64,000 nt of DNA. Origin: Pirellulales bacterium. GTDB taxonomy: Bacteria > Planctomycetota > Planctomycetia > Pirellulales > JBGAPH01. The position numbers and the translations under genes were made by a program. The notes under the pieces are model-generated. The model worked only from the letters and a program-made list of their open reading frames with translations, made no database searches and was not told where the DNA came from. The DNA is taken from contig JAXMBI010000004.1 of the NCBI GenBank assembly GCA_046349955.1, positions 28,237-92,236 of the forward strand, in the 5' to 3' direction. Below are positions 29,907 through 39,308 of the stretch, piece by piece; position 1 is the first letter of the stretch; each line of letters opens with the position of its first letter.

Positions 29907-32501
29907 CTAGCGCGGTTTCTGGAATTCGGCCGGAATCGCTTCCCCGCGTCGCTCGGCCGCGGCGCGGGTAGTGACGATCAGGCTCGGCGAATCCTCGCCG
30001 GGGCCGGCCGCCTTTATCACATATACCAGCTTACCTTCGGGGCTCGCCAGCAAAAGGATTTTCCGCAACACTTCCTCGGCGGGTTTTTGGTTCAGATCGA
30101 GGCCAAACGACTGGTTGCGCGTAATGCTCTCAACCTCCAGATCGCTTCCCTGAATCGCAATCTTGACTTCCGCCGCCTCGCCCCATTGTTGCAGGGCGGT
30201 TTCCAGCGTTTCCCTGGGGAAAACCAGGGAGATGGGCTGCTGCAGCCGTTCGGCCAGCGGCCGCGCCGCCGGCCGTGCCGGCGCCGCGCTCCCGGCCGCG
30301 CGCCCCGTTTCCAGGGCCAGCAGTCCCCCGCCCAGGGCCAGGTTGTGGGCGGCGCGGGCCGGCAAATACGCCCGCAGCACCGCCTGACCTTGCTCGGTGT
30401 CGCTGCGGGTATAGGCGGCCAGTTCTTCGATCATCCGCGGCAGGTCGAGCAACACCTCCCGCGAATAGGGCGACAGATTGGCCGTGTGCACGGCTTCCTT
30501 CACTTGGTTCGGCAGCGCTTGCAGCCGCGCGGCCAAGTCTCCGGCCAACGCCCGCGCGCGAGCATCGGCCCGGCCGACGGCGCGCAGCTCGACAAAGAGG
30601 TCCTCGTCGTGCAGGTGGATGCTCAGGGCTACGGCCGAGAGCGCCTCGCCCAAGAACTGTCGCAGCGGCAGTTCCAGCCCCGCGGCGCTGCCTTCGAATA
30701 CCCCTTGGCCGGCAAGAAAGAAGTAGGCGGGCGCCGCGACGAGCGTGACTTGCCGATCGCGGTCGGTCGCCTGGAGCAGCCCCTCGAGCTCGCGGCGCAG
30801 CGGCGGCGACTCGGTGGCTGCGGCGATCTCGCGAAGGAGCGGCAGCTTCGCCACGGCAAAAGTCCGCTCGCGCTCCCGCGGCACGAAGTAACTCCAACCG
30901 TCGGTCTGGTAAACCGTGCCGTTCGTCACGGGACTGGCCTGAGCTCCTGGCCAGCGGCTCGCCAGGTCGGGAACTGCCGCGCGGGTGCGGACAACGAAGG
31001 ACACGTCGATCGCCCCTTCTTCGCGGGCATAGACCGCCAGCAGCACCGACTCGAGTTCGCTGACCGGCAGTCCGGTGACCGATTCGAGCCAACCAGCGGG
31101 ATCGAAGCCCAGGGTTTCGACGCTGCCGACGAGCCGCTCGCCTTCGGGATTCGCCCACAGCTCCGCGGGGCGTACGGCGAGCAGAAGTTGCGTGCCGGCG
31201 CCGAGCAAACCCACGTCGAGCGGTTTGCCTGCGGTGGGCGATGCCCAGAGCGAGGCGCCATCGTCCGCCGCGGGTTCGGGCGCGGTGGGAGTTTCCGGTT
31301 GCGACGTAGCGGCTGGCTCGGGGGGCGTCGCGGCAACATCGTTCTGCCGAGGTCGCCGCGCGCCTTCGCGGGGCCAGAACGACCAGACGACCGTTGCCGC
31401 CACCAGGGCGAGAACGGCGGTGACGCCAAACGACACGAGCAAGGGAGTGCTGGTCGCTGGCGCCCGGCGCGTCCGCGGACTCGCCACGGCGCCGGGCGAT
31501 TGAATGCGGATGTCGATCGGGGGCGCAGCAGCAATGGGCGTCTCGAGCGGCGGATCCTGCTCCGCTTGGGCTGCGGGGCCCGGGGAACTCTTTTTGCGGC
31601 CAGGTCCTCGGTGTTCGGCCAGCCAAGCCACATACGCGGCCCGCCGCCGCGAGGGCTGCGCCGCCGCCGGCAGCGCCGACGAAAGAGGCAGGAGCGCGGC
31701 GGCCGCCTCGCGCGCCGTGGGCGTGGCCGCGGCGTCCGCCGGCGTGAGCCAGTTCAATACCCGTGCCAGCTCCGGCGGTTCGCTCGGGCCGAGCAAACTC
31801 CGCAACAACCGGGCCAGGCCGCGGACATCGTCGGCCGGCGTGCCTGCGCTTGGCGGCGGGAGCCACAACAGCTTCGGGCCGAGTTGCTCATCAAGCCACA
31901 GGTTTTCCGGCGACACGCGGCCATGCACGAGCCCGGCCGAGTGCAGTTCGTCGAGCGCCAGCGCGGCCTCACGCGCGAGGGCGCAAGCATCCGCCGACGA
32001 ACGTTCGGCTCTGATGCTCTCGGCGGCTGCGGCCCCGCGGAGCGACTCGTGGACGGCGAACGCGTAGGGCGTGTGGTGGACAAGCTCGTAGCTGCGCACG
32101 AGCCGCGTCTCGGCTTGCTCCGCGAACTTGGCAGCGCGAGCCGCAATCTGCTGCCACTCGGGCGAACCAGGCCGCGGCGACTTGAGAAACTCGAGCAGCA
32201 CCGGGCAGTTCGTGGGTCGATGAATCGCGCGAAACAGGCCTGCCAGACGGCCCTGGCCGATCTTGTCGGTCACTAGGTACTTGCCGAATGCAAAAGGTCC
32301 TGGCCGACCCGCAAGGAGCACTTTGGCCTGATACGGCGTGATCACGCGCTTGCGCACGAGCCAGTGAGCCACATCAGCCGCGCTCGCCGGCTGCTCCCCC
32401 CGCTTGGCATGGTGCTTGGCCGCCAGCCGCGCCTGCGCCGCCGCGCTGAACAGCCGCGCCGTCACGGCCAACTGCCACAGGTCTTGCTCGGAATCGGGCA
32501 T
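29907..32501 (-). CDS. Ser/Thr protein kinase-like protein with degenerate catalytic motifs (predicted pseudokinase), a TM segment and a large C-terminal domain
   Basis: It has a kinase-like fold signature: GQGRLAGLFRA (G-loop-like) and LHSAGLVHGRVSPENLWL (catalytic-loop position, nt 31902-31925). The VAIK Lys, the HRD Asp and DFG are not recognisable. A TM segment (LLVSFGVTAVLALVAATVVWSFW) is present. Confidence 0.7.
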   Translation of the reverse strand: MPDSEQDLWQLAVTARLFSAAAQARLAAKHHAKRGEQPASAADVAHWLVRKRVITPYQAKVLLAGRPGPFAFGKYLVTDKIGQGRLAGLFRAIHRPTNCPVLLEFLKSPRPGSPEWQQIAARAAKFAEQAETRLVRSYELVHHTPYAFAVHESLRGAAAAESIRAERSSADACALAREAALALDELHSAGLVHGRVSPENLWLDEQLGPKLLWLPPPSAGTPADDVRGLARLLRSLLGPSEPPELARVLNWLTPADAAATPTAREAAAALLPLSSALPAAAQPSRRRAAYVAWLAEHRGPGRKKSSPGPAAQAEQDPPLETPIAAAPPIDIRIQSPGAVASPRTRRAPATSTPLLVSFGVTAVLALVAATVVWSFWPREGARRPRQNDVAATPPEPAATSQPETPTAPEPAADDGASLWASPTAGKPLDVGLLGAGTQLLLAVRPAELWANPEGERLVGSVETLGFDPAGWLESVTGLPVSELESVLLAVYAREEGAIDVSFVVRTRAAVPDLASRWPGAQASPVTNGTVYQTDGWSYFVPRERERTFAVAKLPLLREIAAATESPPLRRELEGLLQATDRDRQVTLVAAPAYFFLAGQGVFEGSAAGLELPLRQFLGEALSAVALSIHLHDEDLFVELRAVGRADARARALAGDLAARLQALPNQVKEAVHTANLSPYSREVLLDLPRMIEELAAYTRSDTEQGQAVLRAYLPARAAHNLALGGGLLALETGRAAGSAAPARPAARPLAERLQQPISLVFPRETLETALQQWGEAAEVKIAIQGSDLEVESITRNQSFGLDLNQKPAEEVLRKILLLASPEGKLVYVIKAAGPGEDSPSLIVTTRAAAERRGEAIPAEFQKPR

Positions 32502-32562
32502 GGCGGAGGAAAGCGTTTGTTCTCTTGAACTCCCAGTGCTGCGTCACAGCTAAGAGTTCGGG

Positions 32563-32739
32563 TCGGCGAGCGGCGGGTTTTACCCCCGCCGTGCCGCGCG
32601 ACGAGGGAATCGGGGTTCAGGCGCCGCGAGCCGTGATCGATTCGCGAACCCGCCGCACGTTGGGAGTGATCGCAGCTGCCACTCTGAACGAGTTCGTCAC
32701 CGGGGCCCGCCGGCGTGAAGCCGGCGGCTCGCTGAGCCG
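32563..32739. repeat. Diverged inverted pair of ~57-nt hairpin-containing elements related to the GGCGAGCGG family
   Basis: The left arm contains CGGCGAGCGGCGGGTTTTACCCCCGCC (hairpin 32572-32590). The right arm contains CGCCGGC-GTGAA-GCCGGCG-GCTCGCTG (hairpin 32708-32726). Both strands translate to ...AAGFTPA.P.DE..., which shows the inverted symmetry. Confidence 0.6.
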
Positions 32740-33027
32740 TTTGCTCCCCGGTCATCCGGACCCGAAAAACAAGCTGTGACAAAGCACTAGTTTAGCCCGG
32801 GGGTTCCGGCAACCGAACCCAGCCGCATGTTTTGGTTGGCCCCAGGGTCAAGGTGCAACCGCAAAAGCGCTTCACCGACGATCCCGGCATGGCTCTTGCT
32901 CTTCTAGGGAAGCCGGTCTCCCGGCCGACGTTCGGGAGGGGGCCTGAAAATCCGGAACAGTTTGACCTAGAATTCAGTGGCCGGAAACGCGACAATGTGC
33001 GTCCGCCCGCCCTCTCTCGGAACTTTC

Positions 33028-33276
33028 ATGACCGATCCGACCTGCGCCGCCGCGTTCGATCTCCCTCTGGCGGAACCTCTTGTGCCGCCGGTGACGGAGC
33101 TCTACGCACCTGCAGATTGGGTCTTGGAGCGACGGGCCGACGGCGCCGTGTTGGTCCGGGTCCCCTCCCTCTTTCGAGGGGATCACACCTTGCCGGAGGC
33201 GGTGTTCTCCTTCCGGCTGGGAGACCCCCAGTATGCGTACTGGGAAGGCGAACTCTTGCGTCGCTTGGAGCAGTAG
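33028..33276 (+). CDS. Hypothetical 82-aa protein
   Basis: The ATG at 33028 opens a frame with mostly G/C third positions (MTDPTCAAAFDLPLAEPLVPP...YWEGELLRRLEQ). No family was recognised. Confidence 0.4.
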   Translation: MTDPTCAAAFDLPLAEPLVPPVTELYAPADWVLERRADGAVLVRVPSLFRGDHTLPEAVFSFRLGDPQYAYWEGELLRRLEQ

Positions 33277-33332
33277 CGGGAACAGGGCGCTGCTCAGGCC
33301 TCTCGAGCGTCGCCGTAGGGCAGCGTGTCTTC

Positions 33333-34430
33333 CTAGATCCAGCCTGCCTCGCGGCACCAGTTCATCGTTTCCGACAGCCGCTGTTCGAGCTTCGCCTCCG
33401 GGGCCCAGCCAAGTTCGCGATGCGCCTTGGCCGCCCTGCAAGTCCACGACCCAGCCAGACCTTCGCGGGCTTTGTCGAAGTTCAGAGCGGCGGGTCGGCC
33501 GATCAACCGCGACCAGACCGCGTTGAATCCAGCGGCCACGTAGATGGACCGCGGAGGCATCATCACCACGCGGGTCCGCCGCCCCAAAGCCCGCCCCATC
33601 ATCCGCCCCAGTTCCGCGTAGGTCGGCATCTCGTCGTCAGCCAGGAAGTAAACACCCTTCGACCAGTCGTCCGGCGTCGCTCCCGGAGAAGGCAGCCGCT
33701 CCCCGGCCTCCGCCACGCGGAGCAAGCCTTCGGCCAGATCGGCCACATGGACCAGCGAATACCGCCGCGCTCGCCAGCCTGGAACGAAATGCAGTCCCGT
33801 GCGGGCAATCGACAGCGCGATCGCAAACACGTCGCGCTCGCCGGGGCCGAAGACCATCGGCGGGCGGGCGATCGAAATCGGCCCCCACCCAGCAAACTGG
33901 CGGGCCGCAGTTTCGGCGGCGCACTTGCTGCGCCCGTAGTCCGAAACGGGGACAGGCTGGTCGGACTCGGTGCGAGGCTGATCGACGGGCGACGGCCCGA
34001 CTGCCGCCAGCGACGAGACCAGCACCACCTGCGGCGGCGTCTGGCGGTCGACGCAAGCGGCCAGCAAATGGCGCGTCGTCTGCACGTTCCCTTGGTCGAA
34101 TTCTTGGGGACGAAATGCCTTGGTCACACCCGCCGTGTGGAACACGCACTCGACGCCGGCCAGAGCCCGCTTCAGAGCCGGTAAGTCGGCGAAATCTGCC
34201 CGCTGCACTTCGACGTCGAGCCCGGCCAGCGCACTGATATCCGAGGTCGGCCGGGCAATGCAGCGCACCTGGTCGCCGCGGGCCGACAGCGCCGCAACCA
34301 AGTGGCGGCCGACGAAGCCCGTCGCGCCCAGGACCGCGCATTTCAGCCGGCGGGCTGAGGCCCGTCGGAGCGGCCGCTGTAGATGGATTGCCCCAAAGTT
34401 GGCTGTTTCAGACGCTTGCGAGGTGGACAT
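33333..34430 (-). CDS. NAD-dependent epimerase/dehydratase (extended SDR) family protein
   Basis: It has the Rossmann motif VLGATGFVGRHLV and the YGRSK catalytic Tyr/Lys motif (SDYGRSKCAAE). Confidence 0.85.
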   Translation of the reverse strand: MSTSQASETANFGAIHLQRPLRRASARRLKCAVLGATGFVGRHLVAALSARGDQVRCIARPTSDISALAGLDVEVQRADFADLPALKRALAGVECVFHTAGVTKAFRPQEFDQGNVQTTRHLLAACVDRQTPPQVVLVSSLAAVGPSPVDQPRTESDQPVPVSDYGRSKCAAETAARQFAGWGPISIARPPMVFGPGERDVFAIALSIARTGLHFVPGWRARRYSLVHVADLAEGLLRVAEAGERLPSPGATPDDWSKGVYFLADDEMPTYAELGRMMGRALGRRTRVVMMPPRSIYVAAGFNAVWSRLIGRPAALNFDKAREGLAGSWTCRAAKAHRELGWAPEAKLEQRLSETMNWCREAGWI

Positions 34431-34445
34431 GCTTTCTCGGCCGCG

Positions 34446-35405
34446 TTAGCCGCGGGGATGAAACTGTCGGTGGACGTTTTTGAGCCTCGTCGGGTCGACG
34501 TGGGTGTAAATCTGGGTAGTGGCGATGCTCGAATGCCCGAGCATTTCCTGTACCTTGCGCAGGTCGGCGCCGCCGGCCAGCAAGTGCGTGGCAAAGCTGT
34601 GCCGCATGGTGTGAGGGCTGGCCGCCTGGGGAATTCCCGCCCGGCCGGCATACTTCTTGAACAGCTCCCAAATCCGCTCGCGGCCCAAGGGGCGGCCGCG
34701 CCCCGAAAGCAGCAGGGCTTTCGGGGGCGGATCGAGTCCGGCCGCGGAGTCGGGGCGCTCCTGCTCGAGGTAGGCCCGAATGGCGGCGACGGCTCGATGG
34801 TTGATGGGCACGAGGCGCTCCTTGTCGCCTTTGCCCCGACAGCGGCAAAAACCTTCGTCCAGGTGGACATCGGCCAGGGCCAGGCTCGAAATCTCCGAAG
34901 CCCGGCAGCCGGTGGCGTACAGTAATTCAAGCAAAGCGCGGTCGCGCCGCCAATGGGTTTCTCCCTCGAACGGGGCCACAAACAAGCGTTCGAGCAGCTC
35001 CTCGCTGAGCACGTTCGGCACGCGCTGCCAGAGTTTTTGGGTTCCCAAAAGCTCGGCCAGGTTGTCGCGGAGCAGCCCCTCGAGCTGCAAATAACGGAAA
35101 AACACCTTGAGGGAAATCACATGGCGGGCAATGCTCGCCGGGGCCAGCCCCTTGCGGTGCAGCCAACCGGCGTAGTCAGCCAGGTCCTGGATCGAGAGCC
35201 GGGTCGCGTTGCGGCCCCCCAGCCACTGGCCAAACCGACGCAGGTCGCGCGCGTAGGCCGCCACAGTGTTCGCCGACAGGTGGCACTCGCTCCGCAGGTA
35301 GCCCAGAAAGGGCTCCTCGTAGCGCCCCACGCCGACAGCGGCCGGGGCGGCCGCGGAGGCCGTCTGTTGCAGTCGAGTCAGGCGGGTGCGACGAGGGATG
35401 GTCAT
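34446..35405 (-). CDS. xerD: Tyrosine site-specific recombinase, XerD/XerC type
   Basis: LLYATGCRASEI (Arg I), GKGDKERLVPI, HTMRHSFATHLL (H-x-x-R) and LGHSSIATTQIYTHV (catalytic Tyr) are all present. The ATG at 35405 gives a 319-aa protein. The XerD-versus-XerC call is tentative. Confidence 0.85.
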   Translation of the reverse strand: MTIPRRTRLTRLQQTASAAAPAAVGVGRYEEPFLGYLRSECHLSANTVAAYARDLRRFGQWLGGRNATRLSIQDLADYAGWLHRKGLAPASIARHVISLKVFFRYLQLEGLLRDNLAELLGTQKLWQRVPNVLSEELLERLFVAPFEGETHWRRDRALLELLYATGCRASEISSLALADVHLDEGFCRCRGKGDKERLVPINHRAVAAIRAYLEQERPDSAAGLDPPPKALLLSGRGRPLGRERIWELFKKYAGRAGIPQAASPHTMRHSFATHLLAGGADLRKVQEMLGHSSIATTQIYTHVDPTRLKNVHRQFHPRG

Positions 35406-35643
35406 CGGGGAGCGACGGGTGGGGAGCGAGCCTGCGGATCGTAGGGGGCGGGCGCGGCCGGCAACCAGTCGCTTCGCCGGCGCCTGGCATCGCTTTACGG
35501 TCGGCCATTGCCCAGATCCGACTTCATCCGCGTTATACGATGAAGTAAAGTTTCGCCTGTTCGTCATAGAGCGACCGGGGCGCCTGGATCCGGTCGCAGG
35601 GCGAGCGGCTTGGCGTGAGCCGGCCGACAGTCTTTCCTGGCGG

Positions 35644-36864
35644 ATGCACGGCATGCAACGCGTCGTCTTTGAAGACCCCTACCGGTTCATCCCACCGCAC
35701 CGCGGCCGGCTCTGGCCCGATTTCATTCAGCTCTGGCTCGACGGCTACCTGGCGCGGGCGTTCGGCGTGGTCGAAGTCGAGTGCCGGGGCGTGGAACACG
35801 TGCGCCGCTCGATCGACGCCGGGCACGGCATCCTGCTCGCGCCCAACCACAGCCGCACGGCCGACCCCATGGTGCTCGGCATCTTCTCGCGGAAGATCAA
35901 GCGGCATCTCTACGCCATGGCGAGTTGGCACTTGTTCAAACACTCGCGCTTTCAGTCGTTCATGATCCGCCGGATGGGCGGCTTCAGCATCTATCGCGAG
36001 GGGGCCGACCGCGCGGCCGTGAACGAGGCGGTCGACGCGCTCGTGAACGCCGAACGGCCGCTGGTGATCTTTCCCGAAGGGGTGACCACCGGTTCGAACG
36101 ACTTGGTCTATCCGCTGCTCGATGGGCCGGCGTTCATCGCCCGCACTGCGGCCAAGCGCCGGGCCAAGGCCGGCGCCCGGGGAGGCGTGGTGGTTCATCC
36201 GGTGGCGATTCGACACACCTTCGAAGGGGACGTCGAGGCGACGCTCGCGCCGATCGTGGCGGAGCTCGAAGCCCGGCTGACTTGGCGCCCGCACCCGGAG
36301 CGCCCCTTGGCCCAGCGCGTGCTCGAGGTGCAGCTTGCCTTGCTCGAACTCAAGGAGCGCGCGCACTTAGGAGCTCCGCAGCGCGGCGACGTGCAGCAAC
36401 GGCTCACGCGGCTGATCGAACAACTGCTCGCGCCCGTGGAGCAAGAATGGAATGGCGGGCCCAACGAAGACCATGTCGTGGCCCGGGTCAAGAAGCTGCG
36501 GGCAGCGATGTTGCCTGACATGATCGCCCGCAAGGTCACCGCGGAGGAAAACGCTCGGCGTTGGCGTCAGCTCGCGGATCTTTACCTGGCGCAGCAGCTT
36601 GCGTTCTACCCACCGGCCTACTGCCACGAATTGACGCCGGACCGGCTGGTGGAAACCGTGCTGCGGTTGGACGAAGACATCAACGACGATGCGCGGGTCA
36701 TCCGGCCCTGGAAAACGGTGATCGAGGCGGCGCCGGCCATCGAAGTGCCGGCCGACGCCGGGCGCAGCTACGACGAGCAGCTTTCGAGCGAAATCAGCCG
36801 CACGCTGCAAAGCATGCTCGACGCCTCGCGCCGCCGGCAGACGCCGCTCGCGACGGGTTGCTAG
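35644..36864 (+). CDS. Lysophospholipid/glycerol-phosphate acyltransferase (PlsC-like) with a C-terminal extension
   Basis: It has the H(x)4D motif in LAPNHSRTADP and block III FPEGVTTG. The start is at 35644 or 35653. Confidence 0.8.
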   Translation: MHGMQRVVFEDPYRFIPPHRGRLWPDFIQLWLDGYLARAFGVVEVECRGVEHVRRSIDAGHGILLAPNHSRTADPMVLGIFSRKIKRHLYAMASWHLFKHSRFQSFMIRRMGGFSIYREGADRAAVNEAVDALVNAERPLVIFPEGVTTGSNDLVYPLLDGPAFIARTAAKRRAKAGARGGVVVHPVAIRHTFEGDVEATLAPIVAELEARLTWRPHPERPLAQRVLEVQLALLELKERAHLGAPQRGDVQQRLTRLIEQLLAPVEQEWNGGPNEDHVVARVKKLRAAMLPDMIARKVTAEENARRWRQLADLYLAQQLAFYPPAYCHELTPDRLVETVLRLDEDINDDARVIRPWKTVIEAAPAIEVPADAGRSYDEQLSSEISRTLQSMLDASRRRQTPLATGC

Positions 36865-37055
36865 CGGCAAGCGACGTGCGGTTTGAACGCGCGCTCGATT
36901 CCTGGCCAAAACGACAGCCATTTAGGCTGTCAGCGCACGTCGGATTACGTGCCCAAAACGCGACTCGTTGTTAGGATCAGACAGAGACGAGGGCGTTCGA
37001 TCGGCTGCTGGCGGATCGCCCCTCATCGCAGCTCATCTGGCTCGGAACGAGGCTC

Positions 37056-39248
37056 GTGCGGCAAACGAGGTGGCGCATGCGCGGCAAGCGTAGGCATGTG
37101 AGTGCGGGCAATCGCTCGCGGCGGATCGGTCTCGAGTTGCTCGAGTCGCGTTGGGCACTCTCCGTCAGCTCACTCACGGATAATGCTCTCTCGCAGACCT
37201 GCCTTGCTGCCTCCCCTTCCCACTCGGGCGAGGCGTCCGCCGCGTCGACGGTCGACGTCGGTCCCCTTGACGGTCAGAAGTCGTACAGCGGCTCGGTTTC
37301 TTGGTACGCGCCGACCGACTGGTTCGTCTTCGATCTCAAAGACGCAAGCCACTGGAGCGCCAATCTAACGGGACTCACGGCCGATGCCGACCTCTACCTG
37401 CTCGCCGCGGATGGGTCGCTGCTGGCGTCGTCGACCAATTACGGCGCTGCAGCCGAAAATGCCTCGCTCAATCTCGACGCCGGTACGTATTACGTGGGCG
37501 TGATGGGCTACTTGGGGGCCTCCACGCGCTATCAGCTCGCGCTCTCGGCAACGGCCGACGCGCCGGCCCAACCCGTCGACACCGCTGGCAGCACCTTCGA
37601 CACCGCCCGCGATCTGGGGACGCTGAGCACCTCTTTGGCAGCGTCGGAGGCGGTCGGGCCGAACGACGTGGTGGACTTCTTCTCCTTCGATGTCACGCAG
37701 AGCGGCACCGGCCAGATTCAACTTGATACGCCGGACGCTACGAGCGCCGTGTTCGCGGTGTTCAACGAACAGCACCAGGTCGTCAACGTGCAGACGGCAG
37801 TCGATCCGACTTATTCCGGCAGCCTGACGACCGGGCGGTACTATGTGCTCGTCTATAGCCCGGCCGACTTGAGCTACAACCTGCACCTGACCTTCACAGC
37901 CGACGCGCCGCCCAACAATCCGGGAGATACGCCCCCGGCGGTCCTGCCCGACGTGCCGACTTTCGGCGGCGCGAACGATTGGAACTTGAATGCCATCAAC
38001 GCCCCCGAGGCCTGGGCAGCCGGCTACACGGGCCAGGGCGTGACCGTGGCCGTGATCGACACCGGCGTCGATCTCACGCATCCCGACCTCCAGAGCCAAC
38101 TCTGGGTGAACCCCGGCGAAATCGCCGGCGATGGCATCGACAACGACGGCAACGGCTACGTCGACGATGTTCACGGCTGGGACTTCGTCGACAACGACGC
38201 CGTGCCAGACGACGAGAACATGCACGGCACGCACGTCTCCGGCACGATCGCCGGGGCCAACAACGGCACCGGCGTGACCGGAGTCGCCTACGGCGCGAAC
38301 ATCATGGCGGTCCGCGTGCTCGACGCCACGGGGAGCGGCAGCCTGGCCGACGTGGCCGCCGGGATCCGTTACGCAGTCGACAACGGCGCCCAAATCATCA
38401 GCATGAGCTTGGGGGCCACAAGCACCTCGGGGCAAATGGGCAGCGCCCTGCGCTACGCCCAGCAGCACGGCGTGCTCGTGGTGGCCGCCGCCGGCAACGA
38501 TGGGGCGGCGCAGCCCGATTGGCCGGCCCGCTATTCCGCCAGTCTCGACAACGTGCTGTCGATCGGCGCCTACGATTCGTCCCTGAGGCACGCCAGCTTC
38601 TCCAACAACGTCGGCTCGAGCGGCGCCGCGCAGGTCGATGCGCCTGGGGTCAACGTGTATAGCTCACTGCCGGATGGCCGCTACGGTCGGTTGAGCGGAA
38701 CCAGCATGGCCACGCCCCAAGTGGCAGGGCTGGCGGCGCTCGCACTCTCAGCGAACCCGCATCTCACGGCCGCCCAACTCCGGACGCTGATCGTCGAAGG
38801 GGCGAACTCGAGCGTGGCGGGGTCGGATTCCGCTGGCGGCGTGAACGCCGCCGTCACGGTGGCCCAGGCCTTGAGGTTGGGCGCAGCTTCGACCAATGGC
38901 CTCACGGCAACCAGCTTCGACGGCGGCGGCAGCAGCACGAACGCGCGCGTGGCGGCACGCTCGGCCGCTGCGAATGCCGCGCACGGCGCGCAGATCGCGC
39001 CTGGTCCGGCGTCGAGCGCCGCGTGGAGCGGCGCGACCGACGCGGCTCTTGCTGACTACGAACCGCATGTTGCCGCCGAACAACCGCTGTACATGCCCGG
39101 CGCGGCGCGAGTCCGGGGCGGACTGATTGAGGATTCGTCGGCGGATTGCGGACGAGAGTTCGCCTCGACGAGGAGCAAGCCTTCGACCACTTCGGCAAGC
39201 GATCTGCCTGGGGAAATCGATTGGGGTTTGGTGGCAGAGCTCATCTAG
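37056..39248 (+). CDS. Secreted subtilisin-like serine peptidase (S8) with N-terminal pre-peptidase/bacterial collagenase-type beta domains
   Basis: The catalytic triad contexts are VAVIDTGVD, HGTHVSGTIAG and SGTSMATPQVAG. The N-terminus has the basic stretch plus the LELLESRWALS motif. Confidence 0.9.
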   Translation: MRQTRWRMRGKRRHVSAGNRSRRIGLELLESRWALSVSSLTDNALSQTCLAASPSHSGEASAASTVDVGPLDGQKSYSGSVSWYAPTDWFVFDLKDASHWSANLTGLTADADLYLLAADGSLLASSTNYGAAAENASLNLDAGTYYVGVMGYLGASTRYQLALSATADAPAQPVDTAGSTFDTARDLGTLSTSLAASEAVGPNDVVDFFSFDVTQSGTGQIQLDTPDATSAVFAVFNEQHQVVNVQTAVDPTYSGSLTTGRYYVLVYSPADLSYNLHLTFTADAPPNNPGDTPPAVLPDVPTFGGANDWNLNAINAPEAWAAGYTGQGVTVAVIDTGVDLTHPDLQSQLWVNPGEIAGDGIDNDGNGYVDDVHGWDFVDNDAVPDDENMHGTHVSGTIAGANNGTGVTGVAYGANIMAVRVLDATGSGSLADVAAGIRYAVDNGAQIISMSLGATSTSGQMGSALRYAQQHGVLVVAAAGNDGAAQPDWPARYSASLDNVLSIGAYDSSLRHASFSNNVGSSGAAQVDAPGVNVYSSLPDGRYGRLSGTSMATPQVAGLAALALSANPHLTAAQLRTLIVEGANSSVAGSDSAGGVNAAVTVAQALRLGAASTNGLTATSFDGGGSSTNARVAARSAAANAAHGAQIAPGPASSAAWSGATDAALADYEPHVAAEQPLYMPGAARVRGGLIEDSSADCGREFASTRSKPSTTSASDLPGEIDWGLVAELI

Positions 39249-39308
39249 TGCCAGCTCGGGCTGCTCTCTGATACTAGCCCACAGGAGCCAGGGACAGCCC
39301 CTTGGCGA

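Noticed and set aside
29520-32276. A 918-aa plus-strand ORF, and the 578-aa minus-strand ORF at 30130-31866, over the pseudokinase gene.
   Set aside because: Both have extreme Arg/Gly/Pro composition with no domain pattern. The 29907-32501 frame shows a kinase scaffold, a TM helix and a coding-like third-position bias.
34446-35405. The tyrosine recombinase as a marker of an integrated mobile element or as an integron integrase serving the cassette-like insert at 52541.
   Set aside because: Its sequence and length (319 aa) fit chromosomal XerD/XerC. It shows no IntI-specific insertion that I can see. No att-like repeats or phage/IS genes flank it, and it lies 17 kb from the repeat array.
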